NCBI GenBank assembly: GCA_910577645.1
Contig: CAJTOL010000017.1
Coordinates: 696-64,695, forward strand
Source: an uncultured Lachnospiraceae bacterium
Lineage (GTDB): Bacteria > Bacillota > Clostridia > Lachnospirales > Lachnospiraceae
DNA: 64,000 nt
Direction: 5' to 3'
Shown: positions 9,185 through 18,603 of the stretch, in pieces
Layout: the number at the start of each line of letters is the position of its first letter
Numbering within the stretch: the first letter of the stretch is position 1
The notes under the pieces: generated by a model
What the model was told of the DNA's origin: nothing
Database searches by the model: none
The model's input: only the letters and a program-made list of their open reading frames with translations
Position numbers and translations under genes: made by a program

Positions 9185-10822
9185 TTAGTCGTCGTTTTCA
9201 TGGCTCTCGGCTACGGTAAATACCTGTCTCTTACGAGCCATCTCATCGCTCTCTAAGTATTCGTCATAAGTAGTAATCTTGTCAACCAGCTGGCCGTTGA
9301 TAATTTCCATAATCCGGTTTGCCGTAGTCTGGACAATCTGGTGGTCGCGGGATGAGAAAATCATTACACCCGAAAACTTCATCATACCATTATTTAAGGC
9401 AGTAATAGACTCCATATCCAGATGATCCGTAGGCTCATCCAGCATCAGCACATTTGCGCCGGAAATCATCAGTTTAGACAGCATACAGCGAACCTTCTCG
9501 CCTCCGGATAATACTTTTACCTTTTTCACTCCGTCCTCGCCGGCAAACAGCATACGCCCCAAAAAGCCGCGGACATAAGTCACGTCCTTCTCCGGGGAAT
9601 ACTGGGTCAGCCAATCTACAATGGTGTCATCGCTGTCAAACTCAGCGCTGTTGTCTTTTGGGAAATAAGACTGAGTGGTGGTAAGTCCCCACTTGTAGCT
9701 ACCCTCGTCCGGCTCCATCTCACCGGCCAAAATCTGGAAAAGTATGGTTTTGGCATGTTCGTTTGGTCCTACCAAAGCCACTTTATCATCACGGTTTAAA
9801 ATAAAGGAGATATTGTCCAATACCTTTACACCGTCAATGGTCTTGCTTAAATTCTCTACCGTCAAAACCTCGTTTCCAATTTCCCGGAAGGGACGGAAAT
9901 CAATGTAAGGATATTTCCGGCTGGAAGGCTTAATATCATCCAGCTCGATCTTTTCCAGGGCACGTTTTCTGGAGGTCGCCTGCTTGGACTTGGAAGCGTT
10001 GGCAGAGAATCGCTGAATAAATTCCTGCAGCTCCTTGATCTTTTCTTCCTTCTTACGGTTAGCTTCCTTCATCTGGCGGATCATCAGCTGGCTGGACTCA
10101 TACCAGAAATCATAGTTTCCGGCATAAAGCTGTATCTTGCTGTAATCAATATCCGCAATCATGGTGCAGACCTTATTTAAGAAATAGCGGTCATGTGAAA
10201 CCACAATAACCGTGTTCTCAAAATTAATTAAAAATTCTTCCAGCCACGCAATCGCATCCAAATCCAGATGGTTGGTGGGCTCGTCCAGGAGCAGGATATC
10301 CGGATTGCCAAATAATGCCTGAGCCAGCAATACCTTCACCTTCTGAGCGCCGGTTAAATCCTTCAGCAGGCAATAATGAAATTCCGGTTCAATCCCCAGA
10401 CCATTTAACAGGTTGGCGGCATCGGATTCTGCCTCCCATCCGTTCATGGTGGCAAACTCTCCCTCCAGTTCGGCGGCTTTAATACCGTCTTCGTCGGAAA
10501 AGTCCTCCTTCATGTAGATGGCTTCCTTTTCCTTCATAATCTCATACAGTCTGGCATTTCCCATGATAACCGCGTCCAGTACCTGGAACTCATCATATTT
10601 AAAATGATCCTGCTGCAGGAAGGACAGACGCTGTCCCTGGGTAATAATAACGTCTCCGCTGGTAGGCTCCAGCTGACCGGATAAAATCTTTAAAAAAGTA
10701 GATTTCCCGGCGCCGTTAGCGCCAATAACGCCGTAGCAGTTGCCCTCGGTAAACTTGATATTAACATCCTCAAATAATGCTTTTTTTCCAAGGCGTAAAG
10801 TAATGTTGCTTGTACTGATCAT
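9185..10822 (-). CDS. ABC-F family ATPase, YbiT/YkpA-like
   Basis: Two ABC cassettes (GANGAGKST plus LSGG-type signature LTGAQKVK, and LSGGEKVR), with no TM segments. 545 aa. Confidence 0.85.
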   Translation of the reverse strand: MISTSNITLRLGKKALFEDVNIKFTEGNCYGVIGANGAGKSTFLKILSGQLEPTSGDVIITQGQRLSFLQQDHFKYDEFQVLDAVIMGNARLYEIMKEKEAIYMKEDFSDEDGIKAAELEGEFATMNGWEAESDAANLLNGLGIEPEFHYCLLKDLTGAQKVKVLLAQALFGNPDILLLDEPTNHLDLDAIAWLEEFLINFENTVIVVSHDRYFLNKVCTMIADIDYSKIQLYAGNYDFWYESSQLMIRQMKEANRKKEEKIKELQEFIQRFSANASKSKQATSRKRALEKIELDDIKPSSRKYPYIDFRPFREIGNEVLTVENLSKTIDGVKVLDNISFILNRDDKVALVGPNEHAKTILFQILAGEMEPDEGSYKWGLTTTQSYFPKDNSAEFDSDDTIVDWLTQYSPEKDVTYVRGFLGRMLFAGEDGVKKVKVLSGGEKVRCMLSKLMISGANVLMLDEPTDHLDMESITALNNGMMKFSGVMIFSSRDHQIVQTTANRIMEIINGQLVDKITTYDEYLESDEMARKRQVFTVAESHENDD

Positions 10823-10871
10823 ACTGATACCCTTTCTAAAAATAACTCGGCGCGCTGCGCGCCTTTTGCCC

Positions 10872-10901
10872 CATCAAAAGAGGGGTCATTCTGGCCCCTC
10901 T
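10872..10901 (-). terminator. Intrinsic terminator after the nitroreductase gene
   Basis: On the minus strand AGAGGGG-(9 nt)-CCCCTCT is followed by TTTGATG. Confidence 0.5.
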
Positions 10902-10971
10902 CGATTTATTCCTATTTCCAGTTCAGTTATACCCGAAAATCCTGATATTTGCAAGGTTTTTTGTAAAATTT

Positions 10972-11763
10972 CTAAAGCTTTCTTCCATCCCAGTCCTTCA
11001 GCGCCACCCGAACTGACCGGGCCATCTCCTTACTAAAGGCCGCTCCGGTTTTCCGGGCGTAAAACATCTGGGCAAAATTCGTTGCCCCATAGTGATTGTC
11101 AGGGCGGTATCCCTTGTTTTCCCTGGCATACATCTCTTCGTATTCTCTGTCCGTAAGCTGTCGGTACTTCTCTTCAAATACCACAAATTTTGGATCAAAC
11201 CGCTCCTGGAATACCCGCTTGTGATCTGGCTTATAATGTCCCAGACACAAAAGGGCAATAGGGAACACGTATTCAGGCAGTCCGAAAAGTTCCTGGTGAT
11301 ACTCATAGTTTTCCACAATATCGCCGATATAACAGGAACCTATCCCCAAAGATTCCGCCGCAATCACCGCATTTTGTGCAGCAATCATAGTATCCTCACA
11401 GGCCAAAAACAGATCGGATTCCTGAGGCGCTTCAAAGCAGTAGCCCTGATCCGCGTGTGCGTTGCAGAACTCTTTTACGCCGTTTTTCTGATAATAATCA
11501 AACCATTTATGTTGATCTGCCGCAAACAGCAAAAGCACCGGCGCCTTGGCAATAAATGGCTGATTATCACAGCTTTTCGCTAACTTTTCCTTTGTCTCCT
11601 GGCTGCGGATTACAATAATGGAATACAGCATTTGATTCCCTGCTGTAGGCGCACGCATGGCGGCCTCCAGAATAGCCTGAAGTTCTTCCTCCGTCACCGG
11701 ACGGTTGTCATAGGTACGCAGGGATACTCTGTTTTTTATAGTATCCAATACCGGATTGGTCAT
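10972..11763 (-). CDS. Nitroreductase-family NAD(P)H-flavin oxidoreductase
   Basis: The N-terminal signature RVSLRTYDNRPVTEEELQAILEAAMRAPTAGNQ is typical of the nitroreductase fold. Confidence 0.75.
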   Translation of the reverse strand: MTNPVLDTIKNRVSLRTYDNRPVTEEELQAILEAAMRAPTAGNQMLYSIIVIRSQETKEKLAKSCDNQPFIAKAPVLLLFAADQHKWFDYYQKNGVKEFCNAHADQGYCFEAPQESDLFLACEDTMIAAQNAVIAAESLGIGSCYIGDIVENYEYHQELFGLPEYVFPIALLCLGHYKPDHKRVFQERFDPKFVVFEEKYRQLTDREYEEMYARENKGYRPDNHYGATNFAQMFYARKTGAAFSKEMARSVRVALKDWDGRKL

Positions 11764-11830
11764 AGCAAATTCCTCCCCTTAAGCTTGTGTTTACAGGGTA
11801 ACACAACAAGGGAGGAATTTCCAGTGCATT

Positions 11831-13222
11831 TTATCTTTTTGCCAGTATCCACTCTAAATCCGCATAAAACGGATGGAAAATCCCACATAAATCAGAGGTA
11901 GGCAGAACCTCATCTTTAATATTGATCCCCAGAATTTCCCGCATAAACCGCTGGCGCTCCAACATTCTTTCATAAGAATCAGGAGCCAGTTCCCTGATTT
12001 TCTCCCGGGTCTTTTCATCCGCCAATATCACCCCGTCTTCCACATGTACGCCAATCCCCAGGGCATAGGACGGGCGGGCTGTAAAATCACATTGAATTAG
12101 CATCCCTGATTTTAATTTGGCTGTTCCCTTTTCCACAAAGGGACTGTTGATCCACTCTTCACTGTGGATAAGATGCCCCGGATTTAAAGTAATACCAAAT
12201 TCTTTATAGCTTCCAATCACCTCTTTTACGTTTTGGTAAACCGTTCCTCCGGACACCCCAATCCCCAGGGATTCAAACCATACAGCCACTGCTTTAAAGT
12301 AAGTATCATACAATTTTTTCACAGGCTCCCGGTACTCCTGGGCCAAATCTTCAAATCCTCCTGCATATATGCCAACCCGGTGAATCTGTGCATAGCGGTA
12401 TCCCATTCCAAAGGCTATGGGCTGCCCCCTTTTTAAAGTTCTATGATAATCCGGGCTTAAAATCCCCTTTCCGTAAAAACAGATATTGGGGTATGTAGGA
12501 CAAGGCTCACCGTCAATATTAAACAGCTGAGAAGCTTCTATTTCTGTCATTCCTTCTTTTAGATTTTTCACAAAATCCCAGGTTTTTCTGCTGGCTTTTG
12601 TAGCGGCAATTTCAGATAAAATTAAGGTTTTAACATCTTGGATGGTACGCAGGCCTTTGTCTGCATCCATCATCAGCCAGTTGGCATTTTCCAGATTAGC
12701 CGTAAGACTTTCGATTGCTTTCACAATGTAGGAAGGCACTTCATAGGTATGTCTGTAATCTTCAAATTCTTTTTCTGAAAAGCTCTTCCATCCTAAAAGC
12801 CCCACACAGGACTCTTTTGAAATGCCGTATGCAGCCAGTATTTCCGGCAAAGCTCTGGAATCTCCTCTTGGCTGCCCCATAGGGCTTAAGGATTGAAATA
12901 ATATCTTTTTGTGCTCAATTACAACGCTCTGAGCCTGCCCCATACCTTCATTTCCCAAGATCAGCCAGGGAATCTCCCCCTTCTTTAAAAGCAGGATACA
13001 CTCCTCATACCTGGGATCATAACCGGTTACATATTCTAAGTTGGAAAAATGCTCCTTGTCCGCATAAATTACCAAATGGGAATATTGGGAAGCCGCATCT
13101 AGCAGCTCCCCAATTCTTTTCTGGTAATCTTCCTTTGTAATAACCGGAGCATTCTCATAGGACAGCGGGCTGTTTTCATTCATAATTCCCACATGCCGGA
13201 TATAAGTAATGTTCTCGTTCAT
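11831..13222 (-). CDS. M24-family (creatinase / Xaa-Pro aminopeptidase-like) protein
   Basis: The C-terminal region looks like a pita-bread fold (GMGYRYAQIH..., NPGHLIHSEEW, VHVEDGVI). I chose the start at ATG 13222 (MNENITY) behind GGGAGA, 4 nt after the upstream stop. The ORF-track start at 13342 is a TTG inside the upstream gene. Confidence 0.5.
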   Translation of the reverse strand: MNENITYIRHVGIMNENSPLSYENAPVITKEDYQKRIGELLDAASQYSHLVIYADKEHFSNLEYVTGYDPRYEECILLLKKGEIPWLILGNEGMGQAQSVVIEHKKILFQSLSPMGQPRGDSRALPEILAAYGISKESCVGLLGWKSFSEKEFEDYRHTYEVPSYIVKAIESLTANLENANWLMMDADKGLRTIQDVKTLILSEIAATKASRKTWDFVKNLKEGMTEIEASQLFNIDGEPCPTYPNICFYGKGILSPDYHRTLKRGQPIAFGMGYRYAQIHRVGIYAGGFEDLAQEYREPVKKLYDTYFKAVAVWFESLGIGVSGGTVYQNVKEVIGSYKEFGITLNPGHLIHSEEWINSPFVEKGTAKLKSGMLIQCDFTARPSYALGIGVHVEDGVILADEKTREKIRELAPDSYERMLERQRFMREILGINIKDEVLPTSDLCGIFHPFYADLEWILAKR

Positions 13223-13226
13223 ACAA

Positions 13227-14279
13227 TTATTCTCCCATTGCTTCCCGTTCTTCAATCTCGGCAGGCGCGTAAGCCTTAACTTCTTCTCTGTGCTCCCACT
13301 TGCCCGGATTATGGTCATTTCGCTCTTCAATATGAATCGCAAAGCCTGCCAGGAAATCTTTTAAATAAATTACATACATCTTTCCGTTATAAGGCTTTAC
13401 ACTATCATAGTTAAACTCGATTCCCTTTTTCTCCAAATAGAAGATTGCTCTCTCCAAGTTATCTGTAAAGTAACCCAGATGGCCATGAGGCCCCCTTACT
13501 TTAAAGGGCTGCTTTGTGATCTCTACCTCATGTCCTACATAGGAAGAGCTTCTGGTATTTCCCAGTATTAAATCAAAGGTGTCTGCCAGACGGAAAATAT
13601 TTTCATATCCTTCCCGGCAGGTATCACAGTTAATGCCCACATGGGCAAAACTGAAGTTTAACACTGTAAATACTGCATCCCTGGCCAGTTTACGAATCTC
13701 GTCATATGCTCCGGCATTTAAAAGATCCGACGGGACAATCCAGGTTCCGCCGCATGCCAATACATTCGGATTCAGCAGATATTGACGCAGATTGGAAGGC
13801 TTTACTCCACCGGTAGGCATAAATTTCATTCCTTTAAATACAGATGCCATGGAATTAAGATAAGCTACTCCTCCTGCCGCCTCAGCCGGGAAAAACTTAA
13901 CTGCTTTTAAACCGTGGGAAGCTGCCATCTGAACCTCTGTGGGAGTTGCACATCCCGGCATTACACAAATATCATTTTCCACACAGTAAGACACAACCTC
14001 CTCTACATAGCAGGGAGAGACGATAAAGTCTGCCCCGGCTTCTACAGCCTTTTTTGCCTGCTCTACTGTGGTTACCGTGCCGGCGCCCAGCAGCATGTCC
14101 GGATAATTCTTCCGGATAACCTCGATGGCCTCTGCCGCACACTCTGTGCGGAAGGTGATTTCTGCTGCTTCCAGTTCCCCGTCACATAGCGCTTTGGCCA
14201 GCGGAAGGGCCTGATCTGCTTTTTCGATTTTTACTACGGGGATAACGCCGTAGTTTTCAATTCTCTTTAAAATGTCCAT
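13227..14279 (-). CDS. eda: KDPG/KHG aldolase (Eda) fused to a C-terminal VOC/glyoxalase-like domain
   Basis: The N-terminal ~210 aa carry Eda motifs (EITFRT, the catalytic-Lys context LKAVKFFPAEAAGG, and FMPTGGV). The C-terminal ~140 aa are VOC-like (FAHVGINCD..., GHLGYFTDNLERAIFYLEKKGIEF). Start is ATG 14279 behind GAAGGAGAA. Confidence 0.7.
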   Translation of the reverse strand: MDILKRIENYGVIPVVKIEKADQALPLAKALCDGELEAAEITFRTECAAEAIEVIRKNYPDMLLGAGTVTTVEQAKKAVEAGADFIVSPCYVEEVVSYCVENDICVMPGCATPTEVQMAASHGLKAVKFFPAEAAGGVAYLNSMASVFKGMKFMPTGGVKPSNLRQYLLNPNVLACGGTWIVPSDLLNAGAYDEIRKLARDAVFTVLNFSFAHVGINCDTCREGYENIFRLADTFDLILGNTRSSSYVGHEVEITKQPFKVRGPHGHLGYFTDNLERAIFYLEKKGIEFNYDSVKPYNGKMYVIYLKDFLAGFAIHIEERNDHNPGKWEHREEVKAYAPAEIEEREAMGE

Positions 14280-14423
14280 GATTTTCTCCTTCTTGCCCTG
14301 CTTTTGGGGCATGCGGTCACACCCGCAAAATATTCTTTCTTTTTAAAATCCGTTATCTTGTTTTTTCTTTAATTTTCGTTATAATAAAAGTATCATTTCA
14401 CAACTATTAGGAGGACGATTAAT

Positions 14424-14978
14424 ATGTCAGAAATTCATTGGAAGGAATCATCTCCCGCCCTGCTGCCAGAGCATTTTAATGAAAATCTGGTCAAAAACTG
14501 GCTGTTAGTAACTGCTGGTTCTCCCGATTCTTTGGGAACCATGACCGTTAACTGGGGCGGATCCGGTTTTATCTGGAAACAGCATGTAGTCTTTCTTGTT
14601 ATCCGGGAATCCCGGAATACCCTGCGTTTTCTAAAGGAACATCCGGATTTCAGCCTTACTATGTTCGATCCGTCCTATCAGGAAAAACTAACCTTTTGCG
14701 GCCGAAACTCCGGCCGGGATGTAGATAAAGTCTCTGCCTGCGGGTTTACCCCCTGTTTTTACGGCGATTCTCAGGTTCCCCTGTTTGAGGAGGCCCATAC
14801 CGCTATTATCTGCCGCCAGATCTACCGCGGATTGATGGAAGAGTCCGATTTTATCGGCGGCGCCCAGACTCCTTTATGGCAAACCTGGTATAACACAGGC
14901 GCTCATACCGGAGACCGGCACCACCTTATTATCGCTTCAGTAGAGAAAGTTTTAACCAACATCCAGTCTGGTAATTAG
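14424..14978 (+). CDS. Flavin reductase-like (FMN-binding split-barrel) protein
   Basis: 184 aa. The LLVTAG....GTMTVNWGG pattern is typical of the flavin_reduct domain. There is a strong RBS (AGGAGG). Confidence 0.55.
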   Translation: MSEIHWKESSPALLPEHFNENLVKNWLLVTAGSPDSLGTMTVNWGGSGFIWKQHVVFLVIRESRNTLRFLKEHPDFSLTMFDPSYQEKLTFCGRNSGRDVDKVSACGFTPCFYGDSQVPLFEEAHTAIICRQIYRGLMEESDFIGGAQTPLWQTWYNTGAHTGDRHHLIIASVEKVLTNIQSGN

Positions 14979-15013
14979 ACGGCCCCGGCACAGTGGTTTC
15001 CTGTACCTTGTGG

Positions 15014-15772
15014 TTAGCGGCTTAAGTATCCTCCATCTACCGGGATAATCGCCCCGTTGAGATAATCAGACGCGCTGGAAGCCAAAAATACAACCGGGCC
15101 TTTCATATCTTCCGGAGTTCCCCATCTTCCGGAGGGAATTCTCTTTTCAATCTCACTGCTTCGGCCCTCGTCATTTATAAGGGCGGTATTCATAACCGTA
15201 GCCATATAACCGGGGGCCAGGGCATTTACATTAATATTTTTTCCCGCCCACTCATTGGCAAATGCTTTGGTAATCTGAGCCACGCCTCCTTTGCTGGCTG
15301 CATACGCCGGAACCGTGTAGCCTCCGAAGTAGCTAAGCATAGACGCGATATTAATAATTTTTCCGCCGCCGTTTTTCAGGTAATGACAGGCAGCCAGCTG
15401 ACAAAGGCGGAATACTGCTGTCAGATTAATATTCATTACAAATTCCCAGTCTTCCAGCGGGAATTCTTCGCTTTTATGGCGTCTTTGTACCCCGGCTGCA
15501 TTTACAATAATATCCAGCCCGCCCATTGCTTCCACACCGGTATGAAACGCTTTTTCCAGCATTTCCATATTGCCTAAATCTGCAATTACGTCATGGCACT
15601 TAAAGCCCCTGTTCCGAAATTCTCTTGCTGTTTCCGTGGCTTTGGGAGAAATATCAATGATACATACCTCTGCCCCCTGCTCCATCAGGCCTTCTGCCAT
15701 TCCATAAGCCAGCCCCTGGGCGCCGCCGGTTACAATGGCCTTTTTTCCCGTAATATCAAATAATGTACTCAT
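15014..15772 (-). CDS. Short-chain dehydrogenase/reductase, KduD / gluconate-5-dehydrogenase-like
   Basis: Contains TGGAQGLAYG (TGxxxGxG), NAAG and YAASKGG (YxxxK). Start is ATG 15772 behind AGGGAGGAAAGA. Confidence 0.8.
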   Translation of the reverse strand: MSTLFDITGKKAIVTGGAQGLAYGMAEGLMEQGAEVCIIDISPKATETAREFRNRGFKCHDVIADLGNMEMLEKAFHTGVEAMGGLDIIVNAAGVQRRHKSEEFPLEDWEFVMNINLTAVFRLCQLAACHYLKNGGGKIINIASMLSYFGGYTVPAYAASKGGVAQITKAFANEWAGKNINVNALAPGYMATVMNTALINDEGRSSEIEKRIPSGRWGTPEDMKGPVVFLASSASDYLNGAIIPVDGGYLSR

Positions 15773-15786
15773 TCTTTCCTCCCTAA

Positions 15787-16590
15787 TCAAGTGTTTTCAT
15801 AGACCGGATCTAAAACAGCCAGGTCGTACCGTCTGCTGGAATGTGAAAAAGCAGCTAACACCCAAAAATATGTATTTCTTGTTCCCGGAGAAGCCACTGT
15901 AGGGTGATATCCTGCGGGAGCTAAAACCATGCTTCCGCTTCTTACGGTATGGGCCACGATGTCTTCCACCCCGCCAGATTTTAAATAGCTTACATGGAAT
16001 CCAAAATGAGGAGCATCCATATCAAAATAGCAATATACCTCTTCCAAGTCCTTCTCATGCTGGTGCGGCGGCCAGCTTGTCCACGCTCCGTTTCCTCCCC
16101 AGGTCAGACCGCATAGCAGCCTTGAGGCTTCCACCTCTGGATTTAAAGTAAAAAACACTTCTCTCTGTCCAACCCCATGTCCATGGATCTGATGTATCTC
16201 TCCCAGCGGAAGGTCTTTCTGGAACTTTCGGAAAAACGGTTTTCCGTAACCTTCGCATGTCGCTGCCCCGATATAAAAAATGCATTCTTCTTCTGCCTGA
16301 ATTTTCACCGTCATTTTTCCGGTTATATAAAAGGAATCCAACGGCTCCATTTCTTCCTGAAAAGCGATACAGCTAACAGCAGCTTTTCCTTTTATTAATA
16401 CCGGATTCATCTCCAATTCCCCGGATTCCAGTTCAAATACAGAGCCTGCATTTAAATTCACACGATAGATAGACACTGCTTTACAGTCCTGAATTCCCGG
16501 CTGAATACATTTGTGAAGGCCTTCGCTTTCCGGAGACGTAACATCCCAGCCTTCCATACGCTTTTTATTTTCTAAATTTCCTGTCATCAT
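15787..16590 (-). CDS. KduI/IolB-family cupin isomerase (5-deoxy-glucuronate isomerase-like)
   Basis: The stretch PPHQHEKDLEEVYCYF ... GYHPTVASPGTRNTYFWVLA matches the IolB-type pattern as I remember it. Confidence 0.6.
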   Translation of the reverse strand: MMTGNLENKKRMEGWDVTSPESEGLHKCIQPGIQDCKAVSIYRVNLNAGSVFELESGELEMNPVLIKGKAAVSCIAFQEEMEPLDSFYITGKMTVKIQAEEECIFYIGAATCEGYGKPFFRKFQKDLPLGEIHQIHGHGVGQREVFFTLNPEVEASRLLCGLTWGGNGAWTSWPPHQHEKDLEEVYCYFDMDAPHFGFHVSYLKSGGVEDIVAHTVRSGSMVLAPAGYHPTVASPGTRNTYFWVLAAFSHSSRRYDLAVLDPVYENT

Positions 16591-16606
16591 TTCTTCTCCT
16601 TAATTA

Positions 16607-18496
16607 TTATGCCGCCGCTTTGTGAGACTTTGCGGATTTATAGTTCAGAAATACCAGGGTTGCCAAAATTGCAATTCCAATGATATCAGTGATGGTTTCT
16701 GGTACAATAGATAAAAATGCACAGCACAGAAGTACCAAACGAGTCACCTTGTTAAGAGGCGCAAACATAAAACCAGCAATAGCAGCCGCCAATGCATATA
16801 CTCCTAAAAACAGTGTAACGGAGCTGGTAACCGCATTAATCATTTCTCCCTGAAGAAGGATCGCCGGCTCATACGCAAATACAAAGGGTACGATAAAAGC
16901 TACAGATGCATAAATGAATCCTGTCCACCCTGTTTTCCACGAATCAGCCCCTGCTATGCCGGCCGCAGTAAAGGAAGCCAGACAGACGGGAGGCGTAATC
17001 TGCGCCATGACGCCAAAATAAAAGCAGAACATATGGCAAACCAGCAGCGGAAGCCCCAGCTTAACCAAAACGGGAACAAACAAAACTACTGCTATCAGAT
17101 AAGCGGCAACTGTGGGAAGCGCCATCCCCAGCAGCATACATCCCAGCATAGTGATCAACAGCGCCAGAAGCAGGCTGGATCCGCCCACTACTGCAATCAC
17201 ACCCGAAAACTTGTTTGCAAGGCCAGATTGAACTACAGTACCAATAATAATTCCACAGGCCGCAACCGGAACCGCCACATTAGCGCACTGCTTAATTCCG
17301 TCCATAAACGCCTCAAACAGTTCTTTTAAGTTCAGCCTGTTTTTATTTACTATGTTCAGCGCTAGAATAATAACCGTTGCAGTGATAGCGGAGGAACGTA
17401 AAGATTTACCTGTTAAAACCATAAATACCAGCACCAGCGCCGGAATCAGCAGGTATAACCGGGGAAGAATAGGATTTACCTTAAAGGTCAAATCCTCAGC
17501 GCTTACTTCTGTTCCAATATTTCTCCAGGCATTTCCTCTTGCCAGAAATCCCACCAGCAAAAATACAGAAGTAAAGTATGCAATGGCCGGAATTGCGGCA
17601 GAAAGTGCTATCTGTCCATACTGAACCCCTAAAAGCTCTGCCATAATAAAAGCTCCTACTCCCATAATCGGAGGCATAATCTGGCCTCCGGTAGAAGCAA
17701 CGGATTCAATTGCTCCGGCCTGTTCCGGAGTATAGCCTGCCTTTTTCATCATAGGAATTGTCATAACTCCGGTGGTAGAAACATTGGCAACTGCAGAACC
17801 GGAAATCATTCCCATTAATCCGGAGGAAAGTACTGCTGCCTTCGCAGGCCCTCCTGTTTTGGGATTGCTGAATTTCATGCCAACATCAATCAGTACCTGG
17901 CCGCCTCCGCAAGCCGCAAACAAGGAACCAAATATCATAAAGTAGAAAATGTAGCTGGCCGTTGTAGAAAGCGGCGTTCCATAGATTCCCTGTGACGTCA
18001 GGGTCATAATTTCGGTAAACTGCTTTAAATTAAACCCGGAAAACTTGGTAAATCCAGGGCAATATGATCCCAAAAAGCAGTAGGCAATAAATACTAAAAC
18101 AAATACTAACAGATTCATACCGATAACCCGGCGCACTGCTTCCAAAAGCATTACCATTATAATTACCATGGCAATTTTGTCTGCAAGAAGTACTGGTTCA
18201 ATATAAGGAATACGGCTTATGATACGGAGCTGTTCCATAAAAGAATAGTAAATCACCCAGCCTAAAACCGGAAATGTAAGATAATCTATCAGCCTGAGCC
18301 AGGGATATTTTTTGCTTCCCGGGAAAGGCTTATTAATAAATATAATAGCTAAGGCAAAGCACAGGAAAATCGGGCTTAATGTCATGGGGTGAATGGGTTT
18401 AACAAAAGTAAAAAACAGCTGTGCAATCATCCAGGCAGATGCCAGCACTCCCAGCACAATGTTGGAAATCCTTTTCAATTTGTCTTCAAAGCTCAT
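16607..18496 (-). CDS. TRAP transporter fused permease (TAXI-type, DctQM-like)
   Basis: 629 aa, polytopic throughout. It sits immediately downstream of a TAXI-type binding protein gene. Confidence 0.8.
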   Translation of the reverse strand: MSFEDKLKRISNIVLGVLASAWMIAQLFFTFVKPIHPMTLSPIFLCFALAIIFINKPFPGSKKYPWLRLIDYLTFPVLGWVIYYSFMEQLRIISRIPYIEPVLLADKIAMVIIMVMLLEAVRRVIGMNLLVFVLVFIAYCFLGSYCPGFTKFSGFNLKQFTEIMTLTSQGIYGTPLSTTASYIFYFMIFGSLFAACGGGQVLIDVGMKFSNPKTGGPAKAAVLSSGLMGMISGSAVANVSTTGVMTIPMMKKAGYTPEQAGAIESVASTGGQIMPPIMGVGAFIMAELLGVQYGQIALSAAIPAIAYFTSVFLLVGFLARGNAWRNIGTEVSAEDLTFKVNPILPRLYLLIPALVLVFMVLTGKSLRSSAITATVIILALNIVNKNRLNLKELFEAFMDGIKQCANVAVPVAACGIIIGTVVQSGLANKFSGVIAVVGGSSLLLALLITMLGCMLLGMALPTVAAYLIAVVLFVPVLVKLGLPLLVCHMFCFYFGVMAQITPPVCLASFTAAGIAGADSWKTGWTGFIYASVAFIVPFVFAYEPAILLQGEMINAVTSSVTLFLGVYALAAAIAGFMFAPLNKVTRLVLLCCAFLSIVPETITDIIGIAILATLVFLNYKSAKSHKAAA

Positions 18497-18603
18497 AATC
18501 TGCTCCTTTATTTTGAAGAGAGGAAGGCTATGAAAAAGCGGCCGGGCCAGCTTCCCACGGCTCGTCCGCTTCCCTTACAATCGGTTACGTTACAAGTGAT
18601 TCG

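Noticed and set aside
6369-10822. The possibility that the two ABC-F proteins are antibiotic-resistance (ARE) ABC-Fs.
   Set aside because: Their lengths, ordinary inter-domain linkers and the Uup-type coiled-coil tail fit housekeeping Uup and YbiT/YkpA classes. I saw no extended ARD-like linker. A phylogeny would be needed to be certain.
15787-16590. Calling the cupin isomerase KduI and thereby declaring a complete pectin/uronate pathway.
   Set aside because: The C-terminal motif (GYHPTVASPG...YFWVLA) looks IolB-like rather than E. coli KduI-like, and no KDG kinase is present. I kept it at family level only.
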